Source: an uncultured Gemmatimonadaceae bacterium (GTDB lineage Bacteria; Gemmatimonadota; Gemmatimonadetes; Gemmatimonadales; Gemmatimonadaceae). Taken from it: DNA of 64,000 nucleotides. The stretch spans positions 352,001 through 416,000 of the forward strand of contig CAWHHI010000004.1 of assembly GCA_963829055.1 (NCBI GenBank), given 5' to 3'. The notes under the pieces were generated by a model. That model saw nothing but the letters and a program-made list of their open reading frames with translations, made no database searches and was not told the DNA's origin. The translations under genes were made by a program, and so were the position numbers. Shown one piece after another: positions 37,051 to 46,011 of this stretch (positions within the stretch are counted from its first letter, which is position 1; each line of letters starts with the position of its first letter).

Positions 37051-37607
37051 CGCATCGCTACCGTCATGGGATCATCGACGAGCCTGATGAGGCGTGTCGC
37101 GAACGTGGCGAGCGGCTCCCACCCCGAGGGCGCCGCGTCGCTCCAGCGGTAGCGCGTCTCGTGCAGCTCTTCGCCGAGCGTGAGCTCGATGATCGTGGCG
37201 TCGAGCGGCGGTTCCGGCTGGTGCGGCCGGCACGTGATCGTTGCCTCGGCGAGACTCGCGAGCATCGCGTCGACGACGTTCGTATCCACGTCGAGCCGCA
37301 CGGATCGGAGCGACGGCGGGCGTTTGGTCGCGAGGTCGGCGACGAAGATGTCGCCTGCGCCGATGAGCGCGTCGCGGAAGATGCGCGGCGTTGGGACGTC
37401 GAGCGCGCGTTGCCACACGGTCCGCACGACGTAGAGATCGCCACTCGCGGAGCGTCGAACATCGCGGGCGACGGGGTCATCGAACGTCGGGATAGTCAGC
37501 AGGAGCGCGACGCGACTGCCGTAGCCTGACTCGCCGGCGCGCCCGTCGCGCAGCTGCTGAATCGCGTGGTCGAATGCGGAGCGGTGGAGATGAATAGGAA
37601 AGCGCAT
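37047..37607 (-). CDS. Hypothetical protein
   Basis: Intact 186-aa ORF whose stop overlaps the start of the DinB gene. Confidence 0.6.
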   Translation of the reverse strand: MRFPIHLHRSAFDHAIQQLRDGRAGESGYGSRVALLLTIPTFDDPVARDVRRSASGDLYVVRTVWQRALDVPTPRIFRDALIGAGDIFVADLATKRPPSLRSVRLDVDTNVVDAMLASLAEATITCRPHQPEPPLDATIIELTLGEELHETRYRWSDAAPSGWEPLATFATRLIRLVDDPMTVAMR

Positions 37608-37836
37608 AGGACGACGGGTGAAGAAGGAACAGAGAATCTGTCCTCAGCGCTTCGTGATGTCTATCGGGAACGGCGCTGGTGGCTGGGCGGTCGTGCTGGT
37701 CGCTGGCTGAACGAAGCGTTAGGTGATCCTCACGAAAATGACGTTATTTCTATCGAGCTCAGCCGGCGCGTCGGGCCCAACAGTTGCGGGCGGCAGCGAG
37801 CACGCAAGGGCACCGCTCCCCATCGAGGAGGTACCG

Positions 37837-38172
37837 ATGGCAATGGATCGAGAACGCTCCGCGGACGTTCCCACGATCACCACCGAGGCGTCCCTGGCAA
37901 CCCTGGGCCCCGATTGGGACACCGAGGACGCGTACTGGCAAAGCGCATATCCGGAGCGACCGTATGCGCGCGCCGACCGTGGCTTCGACTACTACCGCGC
38001 CGCGTACCGCTTCGGAGCCGAACGCGCCACGCTCTGGCGGCACCGCGAGTGGACAGACGCCGAGCGCTCGCTGCATGAGGCGTGGATGGCGACAGCCGAT
38101 GCGGTCAACGCCGCGTGGGATGAGATGAAGGAGGCCATCCGCGACGCCTGGGACCACGTCCGCGGTCGGTGA
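37837..38172 (+). CDS. Hypothetical small acidic/aromatic protein
   Basis: GGAGG RBS; EDAYWQSAYPERPY...YRAAYRFG...WDEMKEAIRDAWDHV. Confidence 0.7.
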   Translation: MAMDRERSADVPTITTEASLATLGPDWDTEDAYWQSAYPERPYARADRGFDYYRAAYRFGAERATLWRHREWTDAERSLHEAWMATADAVNAAWDEMKEAIRDAWDHVRGR

Positions 38173-38194
38173 CGACCGACGACATTCGTAGGCG

Positions 38195-38364
38195 CATTCC
38201 GAGCGAAGGCCGAGCGATCGACGAATCGCGTGTCATTCCGAGCGCAGCGCCGAAGGCGCGAAGTGGAGGAATCGAGCCTCGTTGGTAAGGGCCCCTCTAT
38301 CAGACGGTCGCGATTCCTCGACTCGCTGTCGCTCGCTCGGAATGACAACCCGCTCGGAATGACA
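38195..38364. repeat. Palindromic REP/MITE-like element with duplicated ends
   Basis: Core 38231-38347 (TGTCATTCCGAGCG...CGCTCGGAATGACA) plus extra ends at 38195-38205 and 38351-38364. Confidence 0.8.
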
Positions 38365-38372
38365 CGGGTGCG

Positions 38373-38699
38373 TTAGGCGGTCACCGTTTCCCGGACGAAG
38401 ATCGCGTGCGCGCCGGCGAAGTCGAGGATCAACATGTCGCCGGCGCCGAGCGCGAAGCGCGTCGACATGGCGTGAGGCGCGCTCGGATTGTCGGTCTCGA
38501 GCAGGTCACCTGTGGTGCGGTAGATCAACGGCACCACCAGCTCACGTCCGTCGACCGAGAGGATGTAGCGCAGGTGGCCGCCCGGCTGGAACTCCATGCG
38601 TACGCCGGGCCCGAAGTCGAGCGACGGGTCGCTCCTCATGAGACGCCAGAGGCCGAACAGCCACGACGGCGTTGGGTCGTTGAACACGGGCTGGGTCAC
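38373..38699 (-). CDS. Hypothetical small beta-rich protein
   Basis: PSWLFGLWRL...MEFQPGGHLRY...LILDFAG; start codon inferred. Confidence 0.55.
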   Translation of the reverse strand: MTQPVFNDPTPSWLFGLWRLMRSDPSLDFGPGVRMEFQPGGHLRYILSVDGRELVVPLIYRTTGDLLETDNPSAPHAMSTRFALGAGDMLILDFAGAHAIFVRETVTA

Positions 38700-38884
38700 G
38701 CGAAGTCGAGCCGGGAAGAGCTGAAGAAAATCGAGGTGGCCGGATGCCGCCCGGATCGGGTGCCGCGTCGAATCCAAGATGTTTTCCGGTGATGACGCCG
38801 TCCAGCCACCGATGACGCCGCCGCTGACCCGGGACTGGCAGGCATGTTGCCTCGGCCAAACTGCAGAACGTTCAGGAGTGGCAA

Positions 38885-39483
38885 ATGGCTGAGGTGTTGG
38901 TGGAGTTCGACGCGGCATTCCACGGGTCCGATGGAGCGAACTACGCGCCACGAGCCTGCGCACGCCTCGGCGACGACGGGTTGTGGGAGGGATGGCTGGA
39001 GTTCAGCGATCTCGACACTGGTGCAGTCATCCGCAGTGGGCGAGAAACGACGCAGCCGACACGCGATGACGTCATGTATTGGGCGACCGGCCTCACGCGT
39101 GTGTACCTCGAAGGTGCACTCGAGCGCGCGCTCAGGCCACTTCGCGTCGTGGAGCCGCTGCGCACCCACGAGGAACCGACTTTCGATGGCCCTGCGCCCG
39201 ATCTCGAGGTCGTCGACGAGATCGCGGTGCCGCGCGCGGTGCTCGATCCCGTTCGAGGTCTACGTGCAGGGTGAGCAGGTCCTGCGGCAGGAGCTTTCGG
39301 CGCTGAGCATCGACCACCTGCGTGCGATTGTCGACGCGTACGGTCTCGGCGGCGGCGTGGCTGCCACCTCGCCAGTGCCTGCGGTGCTCGATCGAGTACA
39401 TCGTGGCCGAGGTGCGCAGTCGTTTCGTGCCACCGGCCAGAGACGTCATCGAAGACGGTCGATCACTCCTTCCAGAACCGTAA
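38885..39483 (+). CDS. Conserved-looking hypothetical protein (frameshifted)
   Basis: AGGAG RBS; WEGWLEF, RETTQP, YWATGLTRVYLEGALERA. Confidence 0.65.
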
Positions 39484-39922
39484 CGGCGGCGTCGAGCACC
39501 TCGCGCTCGTCAGGCGCGAGCGCGCGAACTTCCGCGGTGAGTGCCGCGACCCGCCGCGCTCGGCCACGCAGTAGCAGCGTGCGCCCGTTAGGCGTTGCGC
39601 GAATCCGCGTGAGGCGCCCGTCGCTCGCGTCGGGCTCACGCGTCACGAGACCGTCGGCCTCCAGCGCCGTGACGAGGCGCGTCATGGTCGGCGGGCGGAC
39701 CTGTTCCGCGTTCGCGAGCTCGCCGAGTGTGAGCGGTCCGCCGAAGACGAGCACGGACAGAGCGGACAGACGGGGCGCGCTCAGGCCGCTCGTGGCGTCT
39801 TCGCGACGCAGCCGCCGCAGCAGATGAATCGCCGCGGAGTGCAGGCGATCCGCCGTCCGCTCGGCGTCGTCCTGCGCGCTCTCGCGCTCTGATTTATTCG
39901 GTCTTGCGCGCGGCGACGCCAT
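39446..39922 (-). CDS. MarR family regulator
   Basis: RLSALSVL...TLGELANAEQVRPPTMTRLVTALEADGLV...DGR. Confidence 0.92.
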   Translation of the reverse strand: MASPRARPNKSERESAQDDAERTADRLHSAAIHLLRRLRREDATSGLSAPRLSALSVLVFGGPLTLGELANAEQVRPPTMTRLVTALEADGLVTREPDASDGRLTRIRATPNGRTLLLRGRARRVAALTAEVRALAPDEREVLDAAVTVLEGVIDRLR

Positions 39923-39930
39923 TCCACATA

Positions 39931-39951
39931 ATCGTTAGCATTGCTAATGAT
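39931..39951. promoter_or_regulatory. Probable MarR operator
   Basis: AT-rich palindrome ATCGTTAGCATTGCTAATGAT between divergent marR and VOC genes. Confidence 0.7.
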
Positions 39952-39989
39952 AATCGACCGCAACTTCAGGTGAGAACCCGGAGCCGACG

Positions 39990-40379
39990 ATGACCATGAC
40001 GCCTGCCGCCGTAGCACTCGACACGATTGGACAGATCGCCATCCGCGCGAAGGACATTGCGCGCGCCGTGCAGTTCTATCGTGACACGCTCGGGATGCGC
40101 TTTCTGTTCGAGTTCCCGAACCTGGCGTTCTTCGACTGCGGCGGCGTGCGGCTCATGCTGAGCCCGTCCGAGGAGCCGGGCTTCGATCATCCGGGCTCGG
40201 TGATCTACTACAAGGTGAAGGACATCACTGGGAGCTACGAGTCGCTGAAGCAACGCGGCGTCGAGTTCATTGACCAACCGCATCTGATCGCGAAGATGCC
40301 CGATCACGATCTGTGGATGGTGTTCCTCAGGGATACGGAGGGGAATACGCTCGCCTTCATGTCGGAGATAGCTCACTGA
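39990..40379 (+). CDS. VOC/glyoxalase family protein
   Basis: IGQIAI...FYRDTLG, LAFFDCGGVRLML, FLRDTEGN. Confidence 0.9.
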   Translation: MTMTPAAVALDTIGQIAIRAKDIARAVQFYRDTLGMRFLFEFPNLAFFDCGGVRLMLSPSEEPGFDHPGSVIYYKVKDITGSYESLKQRGVEFIDQPHLIAKMPDHDLWMVFLRDTEGNTLAFMSEIAH

Positions 40380-40387
40380 AGGACTGA

Positions 40388-40471
40388 GCGGATGGCGGAG
40401 GGCGGACGGCGGAGGGCGCGCGTCACTTCGGCAAGCAGTGGCCTTTCCGCCGTCCGCCCTCCGCCATCCGC
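40388..40471. repeat. Inverted pair of GGCGGAN heptamer tracts between convergent genes
   Basis: 26-bp perfect inverted repeat 40388-40413 / 40446-40471. Confidence 0.75.
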
Positions 40472-40475
40472 CTTC

Positions 40476-41111
40476 CTATCTGCGGTACGCCACCAGCACC
40501 CCATCACGGATCGGAATGATGGAAGCGATCCACTCATCGCTCTCCATGATGCGGCGCGTCACGGCGCGCACGCCCTCCGTGTTCGCCGACGTGTCGGACG
40601 CATCGAGAATGCGGCCGCTCCACAGCAGGTTGTCGATGATCAGCGCGCCGCCTCGGCGCAGCTTCGGCAGGATCGCATCGATCGACGCCGGATAGCCGGC
40701 CTTGTCGATGTCGTTGAAGATGATGTCGAACGGGCCGTCGGTCGCGCGGAGCGTCTCGACCGCTTCGGCGACGTGGAAGCGAATGAGGTCGGAGTACCCG
40801 AGGCGCTCGAGGTGCTCGCGCGCGCGAGTGGAAAGGTCTTCGTCCCACACGACGTGGTGCACCTCGCCTCCTCCGTTCTCGCGCACCGCGCGCGCGAACC
40901 AGGCGGTCGAGTAGCCGAAGCCCGAGCCGAGCTCGAAGATGCGACGCGCGCCGATCAGGCGAGCGACGAGATAGCAGAGCTGTCCTGATGCCGGGCCGAT
41001 GATCGGGAAGTTCGTCGACTCCGCGATCCGCTCCATCTCCTGCAACTCGGCCGGCCGTTCCGGGACGAGGTCGTCCAGGTAGCGGGAGATCTCAGGCGCG
41101 AGAATGTCCAT
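40476..41111 (-). CDS. O-methyltransferase (COMT/CCoAOMT-like)
   Basis: FELGSGFGYS, FDIIFNDIDK, IIDNLLWSG. Confidence 0.92.
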   Translation of the reverse strand: MDILAPEISRYLDDLVPERPAELQEMERIAESTNFPIIGPASGQLCYLVARLIGARRIFELGSGFGYSTAWFARAVRENGGGEVHHVVWDEDLSTRAREHLERLGYSDLIRFHVAEAVETLRATDGPFDIIFNDIDKAGYPASIDAILPKLRRGGALIIDNLLWSGRILDASDTSANTEGVRAVTRRIMESDEWIASIIPIRDGVLVAYRR

Positions 41112-41180
41112 GGCGTGCGCGTTCGGCGTTCGAGGGTGAATGCAGCAGTGCTACGGCCGTGCCAGCTACCGCCAGGCCAG

Positions 41181-41588
41181 CTACCAGAGTTCGACGCCCG
41201 GCTGGCCTGCGTAGGCCATCCCTTCGAGGATACCGCCGCCCTGGACATCCCACGCGGGCCGGCGCGGGTCAGGCGGAACCGAGATGGCGGAGCTGTCGGT
41301 GAACGCGACCGTGAGGGTGCCGTTGCGTGTGACGGTCACACTGCGGACGCCGAGTCCGACCATGGCGAGGCAGGGGGAGAGTCGCTCGGTATCGGCGGGG
41401 TCGATGTGCCGAGTGGCGCCGCTCGCGAGCTGTAGCGTGAAAGGCCCGGCAACGCGGACGTCGGCTGAGCCATCGAGCGACCACGTCTGGATGCGGATCG
41501 ACGACCGGTCGATCACGAGCTGTGTGACGCGGTGATCCAGCAGTACCCAGTGGTGTTCGTCTTCCGACTCGATCAGCTGGGCATTCAC
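41181..41588 (-). CDS. DUF6188-like protein
   Basis: VTQLVID...GTLTVAFTDSSAISVPPD...AWDV. Confidence 0.55.
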   Translation of the reverse strand: MNAQLIESEDEHHWVLLDHRVTQLVIDRSSIRIQTWSLDGSADVRVAGPFTLQLASGATRHIDPADTERLSPCLAMVGLGVRSVTVTRNGTLTVAFTDSSAISVPPDPRRPAWDVQGGGILEGMAYAGQPGVELW

Positions 41589-41613
41589 GCGAGCACTCCC
41601 TCGGTCTGGCCGG

Positions 41614-42192
41614 CTACGGCTTGATGTGAATCGGAGTGCCGACCGGAACGGCGCTCCAGATCTCCTCGATTTCCTCGTTCGTGACGGCGATGCATCCCTC
41701 GGTCCAATCGAACTCTCGGTGAGCGGCGCCGACCCACGCCTGTCGCGGTGGCAGCCCATGAATCATGATGTCGCCGCCGGGCGACACGCCCAGCGCCTGA
41801 GCTCGCGCGCGGTGGGCTGCATCAGGATACGAGATGCGCAGTGCGCGATGGAAGCGGCTCTCGAGATTTCGCGCTTCGATGGTGAACCTCCCCTCGGGCG
41901 TACGCATGTCTCCTCTGCTCACCTTGTCGCCGACCGGATGCTCGCCCAACGCCACGAGATAGCTGCGGACCACCGCGCCGTTGTGGTAGAGCGACAGGCG
42001 ATGCGATGATTTCTCGACGACGATGCTGTCGGCAACGATCGAAGGTGATCGCGCGGCAGGGGTTCTCGGGGCTCTGGATGGGGCGCGCGAGCTGTCGGCG
42101 GAGCCGGCGAGCGTGAGCGCGATCGTGCCAACGAGGAGCGGGAGGGCCATCGTCGCAGACAACCTGGGTATAGCGTACAAGACGTTCGGCAT
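41614..42192 (-). CDS. L,D-transpeptidase (YkuD/YafK-like)
   Basis: GDMRTPEG, LRISYPD, IMIHG...WTEGCIA catalytic motif. Confidence 0.9.
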   Translation of the reverse strand: MPNVLYAIPRLSATMALPLLVGTIALTLAGSADSSRAPSRAPRTPAARSPSIVADSIVVEKSSHRLSLYHNGAVVRSYLVALGEHPVGDKVSRGDMRTPEGRFTIEARNLESRFHRALRISYPDAAHRARAQALGVSPGGDIMIHGLPPRQAWVGAAHREFDWTEGCIAVTNEEIEEIWSAVPVGTPIHIKP

Positions 42193-42397
42193 CGCCGAAG
42201 CTGGCGATGTCGTGTGGATGACGTGCGGCGTCCGTCGGCGGCAACGGGAGTACCGCCGACGAACTATGAGCGCCAATGTAGGATCCTGTACTTCCAAACG
42301 TCCAGTGGGGAGGAGCGGCGAGCGGACGCTCGAGCTTGCCAGTCGGTCAGTCGTGCGGCCTAACGATCCTACGTTTCCGCGTCGTCGGCGCGCGACG

Positions 42398-42620
42398 TTA
42401 AAACCGCCTCACGAGTCGCACTTCGACATACGTCCGGCGAAACCCGAACTTCTCGTTCACGTGTACCATGGCCGGGTTGCCGGACGCGGTCGCGAGCTGG
42501 CGAACGCCGTTGTCCCGCGCCCACCGGATGCAGCTCGCCTTGAGCGTCGTCGCGATGCCGAGCCCGCGATACGCCGGGCGAACGGCAGTTCTCGAAGCGT
42601 GGACGCGCGCGAATGCCGTT
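42398..42620 (-). pseudogene. C-terminal remnant of a GNAT acetyltransferase
   Basis: TAVRPAYRGLGIATTLK...NPAMVHVNEKFGF...TAA, with no start codon before the adjacent cupin stop. Confidence 0.65.
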
Positions 42621-42626
42621 CCGCGG

Positions 42627-42986
42627 TCAGAGTCGCGCCGGGTCAGCCACGGTTCTTTCGCTCTGGACGTTCCCGGTGTTGAGCGTGCCGGCGGGCTCGA
42701 AGAGGATCACCTCGACTTCCTCGTCGGCAACCGGTCGGTGCTCGACCCCACGCGGGACGATGAGGAAGTCTCCAGCGTGCAGCTCGATCTCCCGGTCGCG
42801 GAGCTGCATGCGAAAGCGGCCGCGGTGCACGAGGAACATCTCGTCCTCGTGATCGTGGTGATGCCACACGAACTCACCAGCGAATTTCACGATCTTCACG
42901 TGCTGCCCGTTCAGCTCGCCGACGATCCTTGGCGACCAGTGCTCGGAGAACGAGGCGAACTTCGATGCAAGCGTGACTTTGTCCAT
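42627..42986 (-). CDS. Cupin domain protein
   Basis: WSPRIVGELNGQHVK, EFVWHHHDHEDEMF, VPRGVEHRP. Confidence 0.92.
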   Translation of the reverse strand: MDKVTLASKFASFSEHWSPRIVGELNGQHVKIVKFAGEFVWHHHDHEDEMFLVHRGRFRMQLRDREIELHAGDFLIVPRGVEHRPVADEEVEVILFEPAGTLNTGNVQSERTVADPARL

Positions 42987-43136
42987 GCGTCTGATTTTGC
43001 GGATTGCGTTGCGTGCGCGCAAGCGGTCGGTTTGAATACGATGACACGCCTTTGCACCGCCCTCCGCGCCTGCCGGCGGCCCTCCCTCCGCCAGTCCTCC
43101 TTCCTCCTTCCGTCCCAGGGCCTCCTTGCTCAGGCC

Positions 43137-44135
43137 TCACGTCGCCCCGATCACCTCGAGAAAATCCGCGAACATGCCATACGCCGTGGTGGTGAGATCC
43201 GGAGCCGCCGATGTCACCGTCAGACCACCCGGAAATACCTCCGCTTCGTAACGCGTGACCAGCGTCGAGCCCGAGACCGCGAGTGGGCTGCCGAGCGCCA
43301 CCTGCTCCGGCGCGACGCGCGCCAGGACTGCGGTGCCCTCCGCGCTCACGCGACCCACGAGCCGGAACGGCTGGCCTGCGCGGTGAGCGGCACGCACCGC
43401 GTCCGGATCCAGCGATCGCAGACCAACGCGGTCCACGTCAGGCGGGTGAAGCGCGTGCTCGAGAATCACGTTCGAGATCGCGCAGAGCTTCACGGCCGAG
43501 TCCCAGCCGTCCACGTCGTACGATGGATCCGCCTCCGCGATGCCTAACGCCTGCGCCTCGCGGATGCCGTCGTCGATCGAGGCGCCGCGCTCCACCGCTT
43601 CCAGCACCACGGTCGCCGTCGACGTGAATATGCCGCTCACCGCGCGGATCCCCGCCAGCGGCAGGCACCGGCGCACCAGCGAGAACACCGGAGTGCCGTC
43701 CATCACCGCCGCCTCGAATCGATACTGCCGCGCGTGCAGCTCGGCGAGCGCGCTGAGCCGACGGTAGCCATGCACCACCGGACCCTTGTTCGCGGATACG
43801 GCGTGCACGCCGGCGCGAAGCACCTCGCTCAGATAGTCGAGCGCCGGTTGGCCCGTGTGTGGGTCGAGCGCGATCGTCTCGAACACGACGTCGGGGCGAG
43901 CCGTCAGGAGCCAGTCACCGATGTCGTAGCACGTAGTGCCCGCCGGCCCCGGCCCGCCTGGCGTCAGGCCGTCATCACTGTCTGCTCGCCAGCCTAACGT
44001 CCGCGTCGCGACGCCGGTGATCCGGCACGTGACCCCGTATCGTACCGCCAGCTCGGTTCTTCTGGATTCGAGCAGCCGAACCAGCGCTTTCGCGACGTTG
44101 CCGTACCCGAGAAACGCGACGGCGTAGCTGCGCAC
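43137..44135 (-). CDS. Homoserine dehydrogenase-like protein
   Basis: FLGYGNV, VSANKGP, FEAAVMDGTP, LGIAEADPSYDVDGWD. Confidence 0.85.
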   Translation of the reverse strand: MRSYAVAFLGYGNVAKALVRLLESRRTELAVRYGVTCRITGVATRTLGWRADSDDGLTPGGPGPAGTTCYDIGDWLLTARPDVVFETIALDPHTGQPALDYLSEVLRAGVHAVSANKGPVVHGYRRLSALAELHARQYRFEAAVMDGTPVFSLVRRCLPLAGIRAVSGIFTSTATVVLEAVERGASIDDGIREAQALGIAEADPSYDVDGWDSAVKLCAISNVILEHALHPPDVDRVGLRSLDPDAVRAAHRAGQPFRLVGRVSAEGTAVLARVAPEQVALGSPLAVSGSTLVTRYEAEVFPGGLTVTSAAPDLTTTAYGMFADFLEVIGAT

Positions 44136-44149
44136 GCGGGCGGCGGCCC

Positions 44150-44554
44150 TCAGCGTCCCCGCACGATGCGTGACGGCATCGTGCGGACGTCGCGTGCCTG
44201 ATACAGGCACACCGCGACGACGATCTGCGTGAGCGCGACCAGAACGCCAACGCCGAGCGAAACGCCGGCTGGCCGGCCTAACGCGGAGGCCTCCGGGCCG
44301 ACGAGCCGGGCGACGGCCACGATCGAATTCAGGAGCACGTAACCGCAGAGGAGTGCCGCGATGTACCACGTCTGCCGGTTCGGTCGCCCGAGCCGGAACG
44401 CGATGGCCGCCGCCAGCACCGCGGTGCCGATCCAGTGGACGAAGAGCACGGCGTTCGGGCCGCGCGGCGGCAGCCGGAGACCGAATGCGAGGACGACCGC
44501 AATCACCGCGTACACGGCCTCCGCATAACGGGCCGTGCGTAGCGCCGCGGGCAC
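44150..44554 (-). CDS. Small membrane protein
   Basis: Four hydrophobic segments; GTG start 2 nt after the extended OsmC stop. Confidence 0.6.
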   Translation of the reverse strand: MPAALRTARYAEAVYAVIAVVLAFGLRLPPRGPNAVLFVHWIGTAVLAAAIAFRLGRPNRQTWYIAALLCGYVLLNSIVAVARLVGPEASALGRPAGVSLGVGVLVALTQIVVAVCLYQARDVRTMPSRIVRGR

Positions 44555-44556
44555 CG

Positions 44557-45006
44557 TCAGGGCTCTACGGAAACTTCTACTTTCACGTCGGCGATCGCGA
44601 CCGCGATCGTTCCGAACAACGGTCACCGCCGCTTGAACCCTTCCACGAGCGCGGCGGCCTGCGCGGCGTCCGTTCCACCGACCGTGAAGCGGAGACGCAC
44701 CGTGTTGAACAGGGTGACGTCGGTTCGAGGCTGGTTGCCACGATCCACGGTGCCGGTGACGGTCAAGCCGACGCGCGTGATTGGCACGGACTGATCGCGC
44801 GCGATCACGTGCAGCAGTTCGACGCCACAGGCGGCGACGGCCGAGAGGAACAGTTCCGGAGGGGTCACTTCCTCGCCCGGACATCCGTTCTGCACCGGCC
44901 CGTCGACGATGAAGTGGTGGTCGCGCGCGCTGCACATCACGCGGCCGAACACGTCGGTCGAGCGAGCTCGGATCTCGTACTCGCGAATAGGCTGCGGAGC
45001 GGTCAC
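44557..45006 (-). CDS. OsmC/Ohr family protein, probable selenoprotein (Sec at TGA 44623-44625)
   Basis: TPPELFLSAVAAC first Cys; FKRR-TGA-PLFGT at the second Cys-Pro position; 21-aa read-through tail. Confidence 0.8.
44592..44609 (-). promoter_or_regulatory. Putative bacterial SECIS hairpin
   Basis: CGATCGC-GGTC-GCGATCG starting 13 nt after the in-frame UGA. Confidence 0.65.
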
Positions 45007-45085
45007 GGAAGAGGCGTGGCGAGAAGGGTCAACCAGAACAACACGGCGAGCATGAGCAGTTGCTGCATATCACGTGCATGTCACT

Positions 45086-45637
45086 CTAATCGAACTCGAA
45101 CTTCGGCGCGCCCTGCTCGGATGTGACACGGCCGGCCATGATCTGGGCGATGGCGAAGTTCTCCGACCGCACAGGCGACTGCGCGAGCCGCCGCAACATC
45201 ACGATCTGGCCCACGTGCGTGAACGCGTCGGCGACAGGACCCTGCAGCAGCTGTTCCGCGGACCCGCCTAACGGCCGATCGCCGGCGAGATAGTCGTCGA
45301 GGCGCCCGAGCGCAGCAAAGAAACGCGCGGACTCCTCGTCCCACGAGCCCGGCGTGGACACATGCCAGCGCTGCTGGCCTTCAGCGAGCGAGAGTGCCCA
45401 GTCGAGCAGATCGCCGAGATGCGCGAGGATCTGCAGGGGAGTGCGCGTCTTCTCGCTGGCGTGGAAGTCCGCGACCGCGGGCGATGCATTGCGAATGGCC
45501 TTCCCGCCGCGATAGGCGAGCGTCGCGAGCGCATGACGCAGCATGGCGCGCTTTCCCCGCGCGTGGGGCTCGTCGTCAGCCGGGCTGCTCACGGTGTGCA
45601 CCTCATCATATGGGTCAGCGGCTCGTGACTCGCCCAT
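45086..45637 (-). CDS. DinB-like four-helix protein
   Basis: LRHALATLAYRGGK, ILAHLGDLLDW, ADAFTHVGQI; start uncertain. Confidence 0.75.
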   Translation of the reverse strand: MGESRAADPYDEVHTVSSPADDEPHARGKRAMLRHALATLAYRGGKAIRNASPAVADFHASEKTRTPLQILAHLGDLLDWALSLAEGQQRWHVSTPGSWDEESARFFAALGRLDDYLAGDRPLGGSAEQLLQGPVADAFTHVGQIVMLRRLAQSPVRSENFAIAQIMAGRVTSEQGAPKFEFD

Positions 45638-45947
45638 GCCCGATGAGACGCGAGCCCTCGATCACATCGAATTCCGCGCCCGTCACGAGCTCGGAATGCG
45701 AGACGCCATTATCGGGCGGAAGGCGGATCGTCGCATTCGCCCCGGCGCCGGGATGGATCGGCTCGGACGGTCCAGCCACGAACTCGACGTTCAGAAGACG
45801 TCCCTGACCACCACGTACCCGGAACTGCGGTCGGTACGCTACGGGCCATTCGGAGCTGAGGTCGAGCGGGGTACGCCGACCGCCCTCATCGACGGGCAGC
45901 AGTTCGATCCAGATTTTCACATAGCGGACGGCGCCGTTGGTATTCAT
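45615..45947 (-). CDS. Stand-alone EF-Tu domain III-like protein
   Basis: LLPVDEGGRRTP...YRPQF...IHPG...GAEFDVIEGSRLIGHGRV matches the EF-Tu C-terminal pattern. Confidence 0.65.
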   Translation of the reverse strand: MNTNGAVRYVKIWIELLPVDEGGRRTPLDLSSEWPVAYRPQFRVRGGQGRLLNVEFVAGPSEPIHPGAGANATIRLPPDNGVSHSELVTGAEFDVIEGSRLIGHGRVTSR

Positions 45948-46011
45948 GCGCCGTTACCCTCGCTGTCGCGAGGGCTGCGGTCAAGTCCTGACGGCTGGAC
46001 TCGAGCCGGCC

